64,000 nt of DNA from Oceanispirochaeta sp. (GCA_963663385.2 CAXXXD010000002.1:352001-416000); one strand, 5' to 3'. Positions 1 to 9,505 are shown, counted from the first letter of the stretch. Program-made: numbers and translations. The notes: generated by a model not told the origin, from the letters alone.

Positions 1-1
1 C

Positions 2-808
2 GATAATATCGCTTTTTCCCTGAAACTGAAGGGGGAGGCAAAAGAGAATATTAAAAAGACCGTTGAAGAGGTTGCCCGGATGGTCAAGATTGATCAGCTT
101 CTGGACCGGTTCCCCGGTCAGATGTCCGGCGGTCAGCAGCAGCGTGTAGCACTGGCCAGGGCCCTGGCCGTCAAGCCAAAGCTTTTTCTCATGGATGAAC
201 CATTATCCAATCTGGATGCCAAATTAAGAGTTGTTATGAGAACCGAATTGAAGGCTATACACCAGAGAACCGGTGCAACCAGTATTTTCGTTACCCACGA
301 CCAGTCTGAAGCCATGAGTATGGCAGACCGGATTGTAATAATGAAAGACGGGGAGATAATACAGGTAGGCACCCCCGAGGATGTTTATTTCAGAAGCGCG
401 GACATGTTTGTCGCCGGATTTATAGGGACTCCTCCAACGAACTTTTTCCCTGTATCCCTTAACAGAACAGAGGATAAGCCCGCCCTTGGTCATCCTCATT
501 TCATTCTCCCCATGGAAAAGGATGTTTTTGCATCTCTGACGGAGGGAGGCCGGGAGGAATTGATTCTCGGAGTGCGTCCGGAGGATTTTATCATGGTTTC
601 CCGGGACGAGAGCATTCTTGATGCGGAAGTCCTGGTGACAGAGCCCCAGGGTTCCCATCAGATACTTGCTGTGGAAATAGAGAATCAGATAGTCAAAATT
701 GTTCTTTCATCGGATATAAAACTGAAGCCGGGAGATCCCGTCCATTTCCGTTTTGATGAAAAGCGCCTTCACTTCTTCGATAAAGACACAGAGAAGCGGA
801 TTATATGA
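2..808 (+). CDS. Sugar ABC transporter ATP-binding protein (MalK/UgpC type), 5' part outside the window
   Basis: The frame is open from base 2 (DNIAFSLKLKG...). It has the ABC signature MSGGQQQRVALARAL, Walker B LFLMDEPLSNLDAKLR, H-loop FVTHDQ and a C-terminal TOBE-like region. Walker A is not in the window. Confidence 0.95.
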   Translation, partial: DNIAFSLKLKGEAKENIKKTVEEVARMVKIDQLLDRFPGQMSGGQQQRVALARALAVKPKLFLMDEPLSNLDAKLRVVMRTELKAIHQRTGATSIFVTHDQSEAMSMADRIVIMKDGEIIQVGTPEDVYFRSADMFVAGFIGTPPTNFFPVSLNRTEDKPALGHPHFILPMEKDVFASLTEGGREELILGVRPEDFIMVSRDESILDAEVLVTEPQGSHQILAVEIENQIVKIVLSSDIKLKPGDPVHFRFDEKRLHFFDKDTEKRII

Positions 809-2817
809 ATCTGAACTTAACAGAAGAGCTCTATTCTCTCTTTCCTGATCCGAAATGGGCAACCCTTGTAAAAAAGGCGGCTCTCTACCAGGATAAACGG
901 GATGATGCCGGTCATGCAGCCACAGTTGCTTACTGGGCTTCGGTTCTGCTGGACCTTCCCGGGTACAAGGCAGACAGGGAAACGGTCCTGGTTGCGGCTT
1001 TACTGCATGATGTGGGCTGGAGTTGTGTTAAACAGGAGGACCTGCTTACGCTCTTCCGGGGCTTAGCCGATCCGGAAGAACGGGAACTGCGGCTTCTGCA
1101 TGAAAAGGAAGGGGCCGAACTGGCTTCTTCCCTTATGGAAGAGGCCGGGTACGGGGCCTCCTTTATCCGGGCAGTCGCAGAACTGGTAGGAGGCCACGAT
1201 ACGCGAAAGGGTTATCTGTCTCCTGAAGACGGTCTGCTTCGCGATGCGGACAGCCTCTGGATGGTTACAGAGGAGGGCTTTCAGGCAGATCTGCGGCGGC
1301 GGGATCTCAGCCCTGAGAAATGGGCGTCCCGGCTGCGGAAAAGGTTTCTCCAGAGGGGGGCTTTCTATACGGAGGAAGCCCGGATATGGGGACTCCGCCG
1401 GTTGTCCCGGTTGGAAAAGGGGCGCCGGATAGGGCCTCCCGGAGTTATAGAAAAATCCCGGGTTCTCATCTGCCATTACCGGGTAGGCTGGACGGATGGG
1501 GTCTCGCTGGAAATAGAAAAACGTCAGAGTATTCTGGAGGAAATGGGGTTTCAGGTTTCCCTTCTGGCCGGTCCCGGAAGCCGGGGGGCGGATTACACAA
1601 TCCCCGATCTGGATTTTGATACCCCCGAGGCCCGTAAAATAAGCAGGAATGCTTTTGGCGGTTTAAAAGATTTTTCCAGCGAAGCAGAGCTTATCGAAGT
1701 TATTAATTGCCTGTCCGATAAAATCGAGGATGAACTGAGCAGGATTATGGATGATCTGGATCCGGATTTTATTCTGCTTCACAATATCTTCTCTCATGGA
1801 CGGCATATTGCCGCCGCCAGGGCTTTCTGTCGCTGTCTGGTTCGGTATAAGCGACCGTCTCTGGCAACTCATCATGACTTTTTCTGGGAGAGGGATGATT
1901 TCAGAAATCCTTCAGGACCGATGGTTGAGGGGTTTCTTGACCAGTATGTTCCACCCGTCATTCCGGGTATGAAGCATGCCGTAATAAACTCTCTGGCGGC
2001 CCGGAAGCTGTTAAACCGGTCGGGGATAGATGCTCTGATATTTCCGGATACCCTGGACTTTACTCTTACCCGCTGGAAAAAAGATGAATACAACAGCCAT
2101 CTGCTTGAGGATTTCGGTCTGAGAGCCGATGATATCTTTATCCTTCAGGCTACCCGAATCGTCCGGCGGAAAGGGATCGAACTGATTCCTCCTCTGATTG
2201 CCCTGCTGAACAGGGATAAGTATCTGAATCAGCTGCGGGGGAAAACCCTTTACAACGGGAAGCAGGTTACCGGGAAATCCCGTTTTGTCTTTCTGATTGC
2301 CGGTTATGCGGAAAAAGAGGCGGAGGACTATCGGGATGAACTGGAAGATCTGATGGTCCGGAAAGCAGTGCCCTACAGGTTCCTGCGATCTCAGATCGCT
2401 TCTGAAAGGAGCGAGAGGGAAGGGTGTAAAACCTACTCCCTTTTTGATACGTATCCTTATGCCGATCTTGTTTCCTATCCGAGTATATACGAAGGGTGGG
2501 GGAATCAATTTATTGAGGCCGTTTTTGCAGAAAAACCTGTTATTGTGCATGAATACCCGGTTTTTCTGTCGGATATTAAACCCAAGGGGTATCAGATAAT
2601 CTCTCTCGGCAGCGACGCGCAACCCGGTGCTGATAATCTGTATACCCTTGATGATGAGCTGATGGACAGGACCTGTCAGGCTATTGTGAACTGGCTCCTT
2701 TCTCCGGAAACAGCTGAAAAACTGGAACGGAACTTTCAGCTGGCGGAAAAGAATAACTCTTATGACTATTTGAGATCCCTCATGAAGCAGAGTATGGAAC
2801 ACTATGAAGATTATTGA
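805..2817 (+). CDS. Fusion of an N-terminal HD-domain phosphohydrolase and a GT4 glycosyltransferase (mannosylglucosylglycerate synthase MggS-like)
   Basis: Residues ~35-155 carry HD motifs (GHAATV, AALLHDVG, HEKEGAE, GHD, DADSL). From residue ~218 the MggS-type motifs appear: HYRVGWTDGVSLE, HHDFFWER, LQATRIVRRKGIEL, YPSIYEGWGNQFIEA. ATGA overlap with the upstream gene. Confidence 0.85.
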   Translation: MNLNLTEELYSLFPDPKWATLVKKAALYQDKRDDAGHAATVAYWASVLLDLPGYKADRETVLVAALLHDVGWSCVKQEDLLTLFRGLADPEERELRLLHEKEGAELASSLMEEAGYGASFIRAVAELVGGHDTRKGYLSPEDGLLRDADSLWMVTEEGFQADLRRRDLSPEKWASRLRKRFLQRGAFYTEEARIWGLRRLSRLEKGRRIGPPGVIEKSRVLICHYRVGWTDGVSLEIEKRQSILEEMGFQVSLLAGPGSRGADYTIPDLDFDTPEARKISRNAFGGLKDFSSEAELIEVINCLSDKIEDELSRIMDDLDPDFILLHNIFSHGRHIAAARAFCRCLVRYKRPSLATHHDFFWERDDFRNPSGPMVEGFLDQYVPPVIPGMKHAVINSLAARKLLNRSGIDALIFPDTLDFTLTRWKKDEYNSHLLEDFGLRADDIFILQATRIVRRKGIELIPPLIALLNRDKYLNQLRGKTLYNGKQVTGKSRFVFLIAGYAEKEAEDYRDELEDLMVRKAVPYRFLRSQIASERSEREGCKTYSLFDTYPYADLVSYPSIYEGWGNQFIEAVFAEKPVIVHEYPVFLSDIKPKGYQIISLGSDAQPGADNLYTLDDELMDRTCQAIVNWLLSPETAEKLERNFQLAEKNNSYDYLRSLMKQSMEHYEDY

Positions 2818-4153
2818 TTCCGGGGATTGCGTGGTTAGTCTGGAATCATCCGGTTCGATTTCTGAAGTCTCCACCAGGGAAGAAGAGAAATCGATTGCGG
2901 TCCGCCATACCGGAAGCGGCTGGATTGACCTGAATATTGAAGGACGGGGATATTGTGTCTGGCCGAACAGGGAGGGCGAGGGATTTCATTTTAACCGGGT
3001 GTATCCGGTTCTGGCGGAAAATCATTGTCTACAGACCGGATTAAGCCTCTCCTGGCCTGCGACGGCATCGTCCCAATCGGTTGCCCTCTTTCCCTCAAAA
3101 GGTCCCGGTATTCTCTTTCGTTTTACAGATGATACAGAGGGGGCTCACCGGAAAATCCGCATAAAAGCCTCTTCCCAGGATCAGGTCAGCATCCGGTTTT
3201 CGGGCCGATCGGGAAACTGTTCCGTCTCTTCCCTGGATGAGAGGTGGGGAAAAAGCCGGGGGAAAATCATTCCGGTCAGATACCAGTTTCAGGCGGGATT
3301 GATTGGGCCGTCCGGTGAGTGCGGAATCCCCGGTTCCGGAGGGTTCTCCTATCTCCCCGAACTGGGTGATCTGATCCTTGCCTGTCACGGTCCATTCAGT
3401 AAGGAACCGATCCTTCACCTTTTCGGTTATGCGAAGGGGCATGATACAGGGTACCCCGATTATACTCCCTCCGAATCCCTTGGCGGAGCGGTGGCTTTAA
3501 AACGGGCTATAGAGAAGCTTCATACCCTGGGATTTCTGGTGTCCTGTTATCTGAATGCCAGAATTGTCGAAACGGAAATGCTCCGTGTATTTCCACATCT
3601 GGAAGAGGGCCTCTGTTATGACCTGTCCGGAAAGCCGGTTATGGAATGTTATTTCGGAAGGGACTTTTATGTGATGAATCCGAATTTTTCTCCCTGGCTG
3701 GCGGAACTGGAAAAACAGGCCTTGGGACTTAAGATACTGGGAGCAGATATAATCCAGTTGGACCAGGTAGCCGGACGAGCAGCTACAGTGCCTCCGGGCG
3801 ATCCATGGGGAAAAGGATATGCGACCCTGATTGACTCTCTTCGAAAAAAGGGATTGAAGGTCTGGATTCAGGGGGTCTCCGACTATTATCATTCAGATTA
3901 TTTTGAGATGACATGGCGTGATTTAAATATACTGCCGGACGGGACAATCCGGGGGGGGAACCCCTTTGGCAAGACAGACCTGACACTGCTTAAAACGATG
4001 AAAGGGAATCATGATTATCTGGTGCCCCGCTCAAAAATCGAGTCAGTGAGAGATCCCGATCTTTCGGTTATTCTGGATGTTATGGGGGACAAGGGCGGTC
4101 TGCCTCTTGTGAACCGGGATTATCTTAATGATTTGGAAAGATTATCGCTATGA
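2804..4153 (+). CDS. Uncharacterised putative glycoside hydrolase (DUF6259-like TIM-barrel)
   Basis: 449-aa ORF overlapping the upstream stop. Motifs GHDTGYPDY..LGG, YLNAR, MNP..W and QLDQVAG resemble GH-like barrel domains. The family assignment is tentative. Confidence 0.55.
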   Translation: MKIIDSGDCVVSLESSGSISEVSTREEEKSIAVRHTGSGWIDLNIEGRGYCVWPNREGEGFHFNRVYPVLAENHCLQTGLSLSWPATASSQSVALFPSKGPGILFRFTDDTEGAHRKIRIKASSQDQVSIRFSGRSGNCSVSSLDERWGKSRGKIIPVRYQFQAGLIGPSGECGIPGSGGFSYLPELGDLILACHGPFSKEPILHLFGYAKGHDTGYPDYTPSESLGGAVALKRAIEKLHTLGFLVSCYLNARIVETEMLRVFPHLEEGLCYDLSGKPVMECYFGRDFYVMNPNFSPWLAELEKQALGLKILGADIIQLDQVAGRAATVPPGDPWGKGYATLIDSLRKKGLKVWIQGVSDYYHSDYFEMTWRDLNILPDGTIRGGNPFGKTDLTLLKTMKGNHDYLVPRSKIESVRDPDLSVILDVMGDKGGLPLVNRDYLNDLERLSL

Positions 4154-4239
4154 TACCAGGACTGGATAAAAAGTGCCCCGAAGCCGTCATATTTGTTGGG
4201 ATGGGATAGAGCGGCCCCGGGGCAGAGAATCACATACAA

Positions 4240-4770
4240 CTACTCCGTTAGGAGGTTTTTATTCATTCCTACAAAGGTATCCACGATAATTGTCGCCGCT
4301 TCATCCACCAGCTTTGTCTGGTCTTCCTCTGACAGGGAATCAGGGGTAACCACTATCTTGAAGAGGGGAGAAGTCTGTTTCAGGGGGCCTTCCTTGAAAG
4401 AGAGGCTCTTGTCCACTTCGGCGTATTCGGCCAGGTTGATATGCTCCAGCTTAAGGGATTCGGGAACATCCGTCCTGTATCCTATACTGGTGTATTCCAG
4501 CTCTCTTTCGCCGAACTTGAGGGGCCCGACTGAAAGCAGGGAGCCTGAATAGGTCAAAAACAAGGCGCCTCTTTCATCTGTAGGATCAAAGATTCCTACT
4601 TCATCCATTCCGAGTTCGATCATTTTGTTTTCGAACACCTCTTTTTTCAGCAGCCAGCTGTCCTGCAGTTTCCGGGCTTTATCTTCTCCCGGTTCCAGGC
4701 CGAACTTATCCGCTACTTCATTCAGGTGTTTTACTATTGATTCGGGTACGCTTTGAATAACTGTATTCAT
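4240..4770 (-). CDS. Hypothetical protein (176 aa)
   Basis: Start reassigned to the ATG at 4770 (MNTVIQ), which follows an AAGGAG RBS. Acidic, soluble-looking protein with no recognised family. Confidence 0.8.
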   Translation of the reverse strand: MNTVIQSVPESIVKHLNEVADKFGLEPGEDKARKLQDSWLLKKEVFENKMIELGMDEVGIFDPTDERGALFLTYSGSLLSVGPLKFGERELEYTSIGYRTDVPESLKLEHINLAEYAEVDKSLSFKEGPLKQTSPLFKIVVTPDSLSEEDQTKLVDEAATIIVDTFVGMNKNLLTE

Positions 4771-4840
4771 CCGTTTTCTCCTTGCTTTCAGTTTATGTAT
4801 CCAATATGCCCCGAAAAAGGGAGCCTGACGATGTGCCGTT

Positions 4841-4849
4841 TGGTATAAT
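4841..4849 (+). promoter_or_regulatory. Extended -10 sigma70 promoter element upstream of the FHA-LuxR gene
   Basis: TGgTATAAT, a perfect extended -10. Confidence 0.55.
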
Positions 4850-4870
4850 GGTGTATGATTTTTTTTTGAA

Positions 4871-5443
4871 ATGGGGTATTTTATTAGTATGCCCTGGTTT
4901 CTTGAAGGAAAATTAAAAGACAACTCGCCCTGGTATATCCCTGTAAACGGCAGCGGATTTACGATCGGGCGGAGCAGCAGCAGCCAGCTGATCCTGAACG
5001 CCGCATCTGTTTCCCGTCTGCACAGTATTATTGTATTTCACCATAATGAACCCTATATACAGGATGGAGGCAGCCGGAACGGGACTTTTGTTAACGGCTG
5101 CCGGATCTCAGGGGAGACTCACCTGAAGGAAGGGGATATCCTCAGCTTCGGTAAAGTGGACTTTATCCTGAAACACCCCGAGGATGAGGAGGATGAATCG
5201 GAAAAGACCATTATCGATGAAGGTTCTGACAGAAAGAGGAAATTTACGGAGATCTTCAATATTTCCGACAGGGAGGAGGAGGTCCTCTTCCTCCTGACAA
5301 AAGGACTCAGCATCAAAGGAATTGGAGAGAAACTGTTTATCTCCCCGGGTACTGTGAAGAACCATGTTTTAAAGATATATGCAAAAACAGGGGCCCATAC
5401 CCGGATTGAACTCTCCACCCTGTATCAGGAATACACCGGCTGA
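4871..5443 (+). CDS. FHA domain + LuxR-type HTH transcriptional regulator (alternative start 4889)
   Basis: FHA motifs IGR, VSRLHS and DGGSRNGTFVNG; C-terminal LuxR HTH SDREEEVL..GLSIKGIGEKLFISPGTVKNHVLKIYAK. Confidence 0.9.
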   Translation: MGYFISMPWFLEGKLKDNSPWYIPVNGSGFTIGRSSSSQLILNAASVSRLHSIIVFHHNEPYIQDGGSRNGTFVNGCRISGETHLKEGDILSFGKVDFILKHPEDEEDESEKTIIDEGSDRKRKFTEIFNISDREEEVLFLLTKGLSIKGIGEKLFISPGTVKNHVLKIYAKTGAHTRIELSTLYQEYTG

Positions 5444-5519
5444 TCCCTGTTTCCCCCTGAAACCGGGTGCGGGCCTTTACAGGATAAGCCCGGGGACCCG
5501 CAGTCTGAAGAATCCGCTT

Positions 5520-7808
5520 TCAGGAAACCGGGATGGCAATCCTCCGGGGAACAGAATCTACAGAATACTCCTTCCCGTAATGTTCAATGGTCAAACCTTC
5601 TCCTACCAGAACCGTGTATTCCGTTTCTCCGGGCACCACTTTAACAGACAGCAGAGATGACCCGCAGTGAATCCGGAAGGAGTAGGAGTGCCAGGCTTCC
5701 GGCAGAAGGGGGGAGAACCTTATCATGCCGTCCCAGTGCCGCATCCTGGCAAATCCGTAGGTTAAGCCAATCCAGGACCCTGCCATATTGGCGGCGTGAA
5801 CACCGTCTTTGACATTCCCGTGGAAATCATCCAGATCAGTCCGGGCGGTTTTAACATAGTAATCATAACTTTCTTTCAGTCTTCCGATTTCACTGGCCAT
5901 GCATCCGTATATACAGGGCGAGAGGGATGAATCGTGGGTTGTTATCTTTTCATAATACTCATAATCCCGTATCTTCTGCTCCATTGAGAAACTTCCGCTT
6001 AAAAGAAACTGGGCCAGCACGACATCCGGCTGTTTACAGACCTGATAGCGGTAGAGTACCAGCGGGTGGTAGTGCATCAGGAGGGGGAAACGGGAGCGGG
6101 GCGTGTTTTCAATGTCCCATACAGGTTTCTGCAGAAAACGGTCGTCCTGGGGAGTAATCCCCTTCCGCTCATCATAGGGGAGGTAGATCCGGGAGTAGAT
6201 ATCATCCCAGAGGGTCAACTCGTTTTCTTCTACTTCCAGCCTGTTCAGAGTGTTATTCAGAGTAATACGGGAGGGATCACTGTCAGCCAGTTTTCCAAAA
6301 TCATTCAGGATATCCGCGAAAAACCCCAGCTGGTCCTTAATCATCCGGTTTGTATAGAAGTTGTTGTCAACCAGGGCTGTGTATTCGTCTGGACCCGTTA
6401 CATTCTGAATAGCATAGTGCTCCTCATCCGTATCGAATACGGCCATATCGGCCCACAGGCGGTTGGTTTCTACAAGGAGTTCCAGTCCCTGATTCAGAAG
6501 AAACTCCCTGTCTCCTGTCCCTTCCCAGTATACTTTTACCGCATGGGCCACATCGCTGCTGATGTGGTACTGTGCCGTTCCGGCCGGAAAATAGGAGGAG
6601 CATTCGGGGCCGCTGATAGTTCTCCAGGGGAACAGGGCCCCCCTGGCGTGACCCATCTCCTTAGCCCTGTTTTTCGCCGTATCCAGAATCCCGTATCTGT
6701 ACTCAAGGAGTTTGCGGGCGACTGCCGGGTTGGTAAAGGTAAAAAAGGGGATCATATAGATTTCCGTGTCCCAGAAATAGTGACCTTCGTAACCCTCTCC
6801 GGTCATCCCTTTGGCAGCTATATTGGTCCTGCCGTCTTTTCCTACCGACTGGAGAAGATGGAACATATTGAATCGGATCCCCTGCTGCATCTTTTCATCG
6901 CCGTCGATACAGATATCCATGTTTTTCCAGGCATCGGACCACCAGTCACTGTGTTCCTGTTTCAGGGTTTCATAGGACTTCTTCAGCAGGGAATCCAGCT
7001 CTTCGGGACGTGCCGTGTCATCTCTGCGGTACCAGATGTATTTGTATAGAGTCAGGGATTCTCCTGCTTCCAGTTCAGTTTCCCAGGTCAACCCCGAAAA
7101 GTCCCCATCATCCAGAGCCGTCTCCTGCAGTTTTTCCGTACTCTCGAGTTTATGGCTTATAAGGCTGCTGAAGTCTAAACCGGAATGCCGTATTTTACCC
7201 TTCAGGCTGATTGTATTCCCTTTTCTGCTGGTAATCAGTTCTGTAAGAGGATTACCGGAAAACTCGACGCCTATCCTGGGATCATCTTCTTTGCTGAGGT
7301 TCCGGGATTTCAGGTCGTATCCCGAGGCGAGCTTGATCCGGCAGTTTTTATCTGCAGTTATTTTAAAGCGCATGCAGCAAAGATTTTCCCGTACTGATGA
7401 TACAAAACGTTCCGATTCAATCCGGATACTCTTTCCCCCAGACATCCGGCATTCTGCTTTCCGGTATAACAGGGCTGTTTTCATATCCAGAATCCTTTCG
7501 AATTCTGAAGGAGCGTTTTTCTGAAGAGAGAACGCCTGTCCGTCGATTTCAATCATCAGCTTCTTGGGATTGGGTAGATTCACCATGGCCTGACTTGCAG
7601 AGGGGTACCCGGGGAACGTTTCACCATAGCTGAGGGGGTAGGTTTCATAAAACCCGTTCAGGTAGAAACCGTCATGTCCGGAATCTACTCCGCCCTCTTC
7701 AAAACTGCCCCTTACTCCCATATAGCCGTTGCTTAAAGAGAAGAGTGTTTCATATTTCGGGTATTGTGTTATATCCCATCTGTTTTCCTGAATCTGCCAG
7801 GTATTCAT
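5520..7808 (-). CDS. Glycoside hydrolase family 65 alpha-glucoside phosphorylase (trehalose/maltose/kojibiose phosphorylase-like)
   Basis: Motifs ETLFSLSNGYMGVRG, YEGHYFWDTEIY, GPDEY (catalytic Glu), KQPD and HDSSLS. Probable start is the ATG at 7808 after GGAG; the ORF extends to 7838. Confidence 0.93.
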   Translation of the reverse strand: MNTWQIQENRWDITQYPKYETLFSLSNGYMGVRGSFEEGGVDSGHDGFYLNGFYETYPLSYGETFPGYPSASQAMVNLPNPKKLMIEIDGQAFSLQKNAPSEFERILDMKTALLYRKAECRMSGGKSIRIESERFVSSVRENLCCMRFKITADKNCRIKLASGYDLKSRNLSKEDDPRIGVEFSGNPLTELITSRKGNTISLKGKIRHSGLDFSSLISHKLESTEKLQETALDDGDFSGLTWETELEAGESLTLYKYIWYRRDDTARPEELDSLLKKSYETLKQEHSDWWSDAWKNMDICIDGDEKMQQGIRFNMFHLLQSVGKDGRTNIAAKGMTGEGYEGHYFWDTEIYMIPFFTFTNPAVARKLLEYRYGILDTAKNRAKEMGHARGALFPWRTISGPECSSYFPAGTAQYHISSDVAHAVKVYWEGTGDREFLLNQGLELLVETNRLWADMAVFDTDEEHYAIQNVTGPDEYTALVDNNFYTNRMIKDQLGFFADILNDFGKLADSDPSRITLNNTLNRLEVEENELTLWDDIYSRIYLPYDERKGITPQDDRFLQKPVWDIENTPRSRFPLLMHYHPLVLYRYQVCKQPDVVLAQFLLSGSFSMEQKIRDYEYYEKITTHDSSLSPCIYGCMASEIGRLKESYDYYVKTARTDLDDFHGNVKDGVHAANMAGSWIGLTYGFARMRHWDGMIRFSPLLPEAWHSYSFRIHCGSSLLSVKVVPGETEYTVLVGEGLTIEHYGKEYSVDSVPRRIAIPVS

Positions 7809-7930
7809 AATCGTCTCCATTATCTTATATAAAATCATTATCCGGATTATTTAAGGCAGGAGGATTATCAGGGGTATACCTATTTATAGCTACAGACCAG
7901 GTGAATAGTCAAGTTTGATTCCTTCCATTA

Positions 7931-7980
7931 TTGACTTTTCATATGTCTGGTGATATGTTTGCTTTGCACACGGTTGCAAA
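7931..7980 (+). promoter_or_regulatory. Sigma70 promoter followed by a LacI-type operator-like palindrome
   Basis: TTGACT (7931-7936), 17 bp, TATGTT preceded by TG. Imperfect palindrome TTTGCACACGGTTGCAAA at 7963-7980 with a central CG. Confidence 0.5.
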
Positions 7981-8089
7981 AAAATGGGTTTGTTTAAAAT
8001 GCAGAGGGTATCAGGGGTGATATTCTGTCTTTTTCAATAAGTCCGGAGACTCTTCCCGCAGAGGCGAATAAGGCCTATACTTGGTTCTC

Positions 8090-9478
8090 ATGAATAATCC
8101 GAAGCCCTTCTCGGTAATCCTGAAAAAAGTCTTTTTCCTCGGCTTTCCTCTATTGTTCGGGCAGTTGACACACTACTTTCACCAGATAGCCGACTCGGCC
8201 ATGATGGGGCATTTCGGCAGCGGCAGCAACGAACTGGCCGCCATCGGTATTGCCGGACTTTTCGCCTGGATTCTCAATACTTTCCTATGGCCCCTCTCTT
8301 CAGGTGTGCAGGCGATTACCGCCCGACGCTATGGAAAGCAGGATCATGGTATAGATACCCACCGCCATTTTACAGGGGAAGCTCTGGACAACGGGATTGT
8401 GATTACCCTGTATGCGGCTCTGCTCGCTACGATTCTGAGTTTTCTGGCCCGGCCGATACTGTCCTTTCTGATTGAAACGGAAGAGATCCTTGAGTTGGCT
8501 CTGCAGTATATCCGCATCATCCGTTTTTCCCTGATCCCCACGGGACTGTACTTTGTTATGCAGGGATTTTTCGGGGCTGTCAATCAGACAAAATATGTTA
8601 TGTATTCGGGTGTTCTCAGTAATCTGGTGAATATCCTGCTGAACTGGATTTTTATTTTTGGAAAGTTCGGGCTGCCGGCTCTGGGGATACGGGGGGCCGC
8701 CCTGGGAACAGCTTTCTCCTTTCTGATATCTTTTCTTTTTCTGCTGATTATTATGCTGAAGCGGCACTATATCCGGCAGTACAGGTTATTTCATTTTGAC
8801 CGGCTTCAGGCTGCCATACAAAAGGATCTTCTAAAGGTCGCTCTTCCTCCGGGAATACAGAATGTGATTGCCCTGACTATTTTTATGGTTTACCAGGCGA
8901 TTATCGAAAATTACTCTACCGTTTACCTGGCGGCCACTCACAGCATCTTTGCCTACTTCCGCCTGAACAAGACTCTCATAAGCGGATTTGCCCGTTCCGC
9001 CGGCATTCTGGCGGGGAATGCCCTGGGAAGGCAGGATAAGGAGGAGGCTCAGAGCCTGATAACAGCGGCCGGCTGCATATCCGCCCTGGTAGCCGTTTCG
9101 GTTTGTATCTTTTCCTTCTTCGGGCGGGATTTTGTAGCAGGGATGTTTACCAGTTCACCGGAGACAAGTATTGTTATTGCTCAGGCCCTCCTCTTCTTCA
9201 TGCCCTTCTATTTTATAGAAGCTCTGGGGTATGCCTTTGAAATGGTGTTTATTCCCAACGGATACGGAAAGTGGGTTCTTATAAGCGAGACCTCAACCAA
9301 TCTTCTTTTTATTCTGGGGATGACCCTGGTAATGAGTACTCTCTTTCCCGGGCAGATCCGTCTGGCCTGGCTCAGCTTCGGCTGCTATCAGGTAGGACAT
9401 GCAGGCTTGATGATAACGGGGTATTTCCGGAAAAAATGGCTTCTTGTGAAGGTGGATTCGGCCGACTCCATTGCATAG
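8090..9478 (+). CDS. MATE family efflux transporter
   Basis: About 12 hydrophobic segments; motifs IADSAMMGH, ELAAIG and NILLNWIFIFGKFGLPALGIRGAALGT. ATG at 8090 (the ORF extends to TTG 8081). Confidence 0.9.
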   Translation: MNNPKPFSVILKKVFFLGFPLLFGQLTHYFHQIADSAMMGHFGSGSNELAAIGIAGLFAWILNTFLWPLSSGVQAITARRYGKQDHGIDTHRHFTGEALDNGIVITLYAALLATILSFLARPILSFLIETEEILELALQYIRIIRFSLIPTGLYFVMQGFFGAVNQTKYVMYSGVLSNLVNILLNWIFIFGKFGLPALGIRGAALGTAFSFLISFLFLLIIMLKRHYIRQYRLFHFDRLQAAIQKDLLKVALPPGIQNVIALTIFMVYQAIIENYSTVYLAATHSIFAYFRLNKTLISGFARSAGILAGNALGRQDKEEAQSLITAAGCISALVAVSVCIFSFFGRDFVAGMFTSSPETSIVIAQALLFFMPFYFIEALGYAFEMVFIPNGYGKWVLISETSTNLLFILGMTLVMSTLFPGQIRLAWLSFGCYQVGHAGLMITGYFRKKWLLVKVDSADSIA

Positions 9479-9505
9479 GGGGCGAATTCCCGGTAGGGTA
9501 AAACC

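Noticed and set aside
125..150. 26-nt exact repeat shared with 62066-62091
   Set aside because: Both copies encode the ABC signature SGGQQQRVA in paralogous ATPases; protein conservation and codon bias explain it.
2011..2874. Long antisense ORFs (also 6066-7049, 11777-12622, 21539-22351, 30846-31781, 61160-62239)
   Set aside because: They shadow well-supported genes on the opposite strand and show no recognisable motifs.
4771..4923. N-terminal extension of the 4240-4923 ORF
   Set aside because: It overlaps the divergent promoter and gene; a good RBS supports ATG 4770.
7866..8018. TATCAGGGGT direct repeat at 7866-7875 and 8009-8018
   Set aside because: Only 10 bp, with no element between the copies; could be chance.
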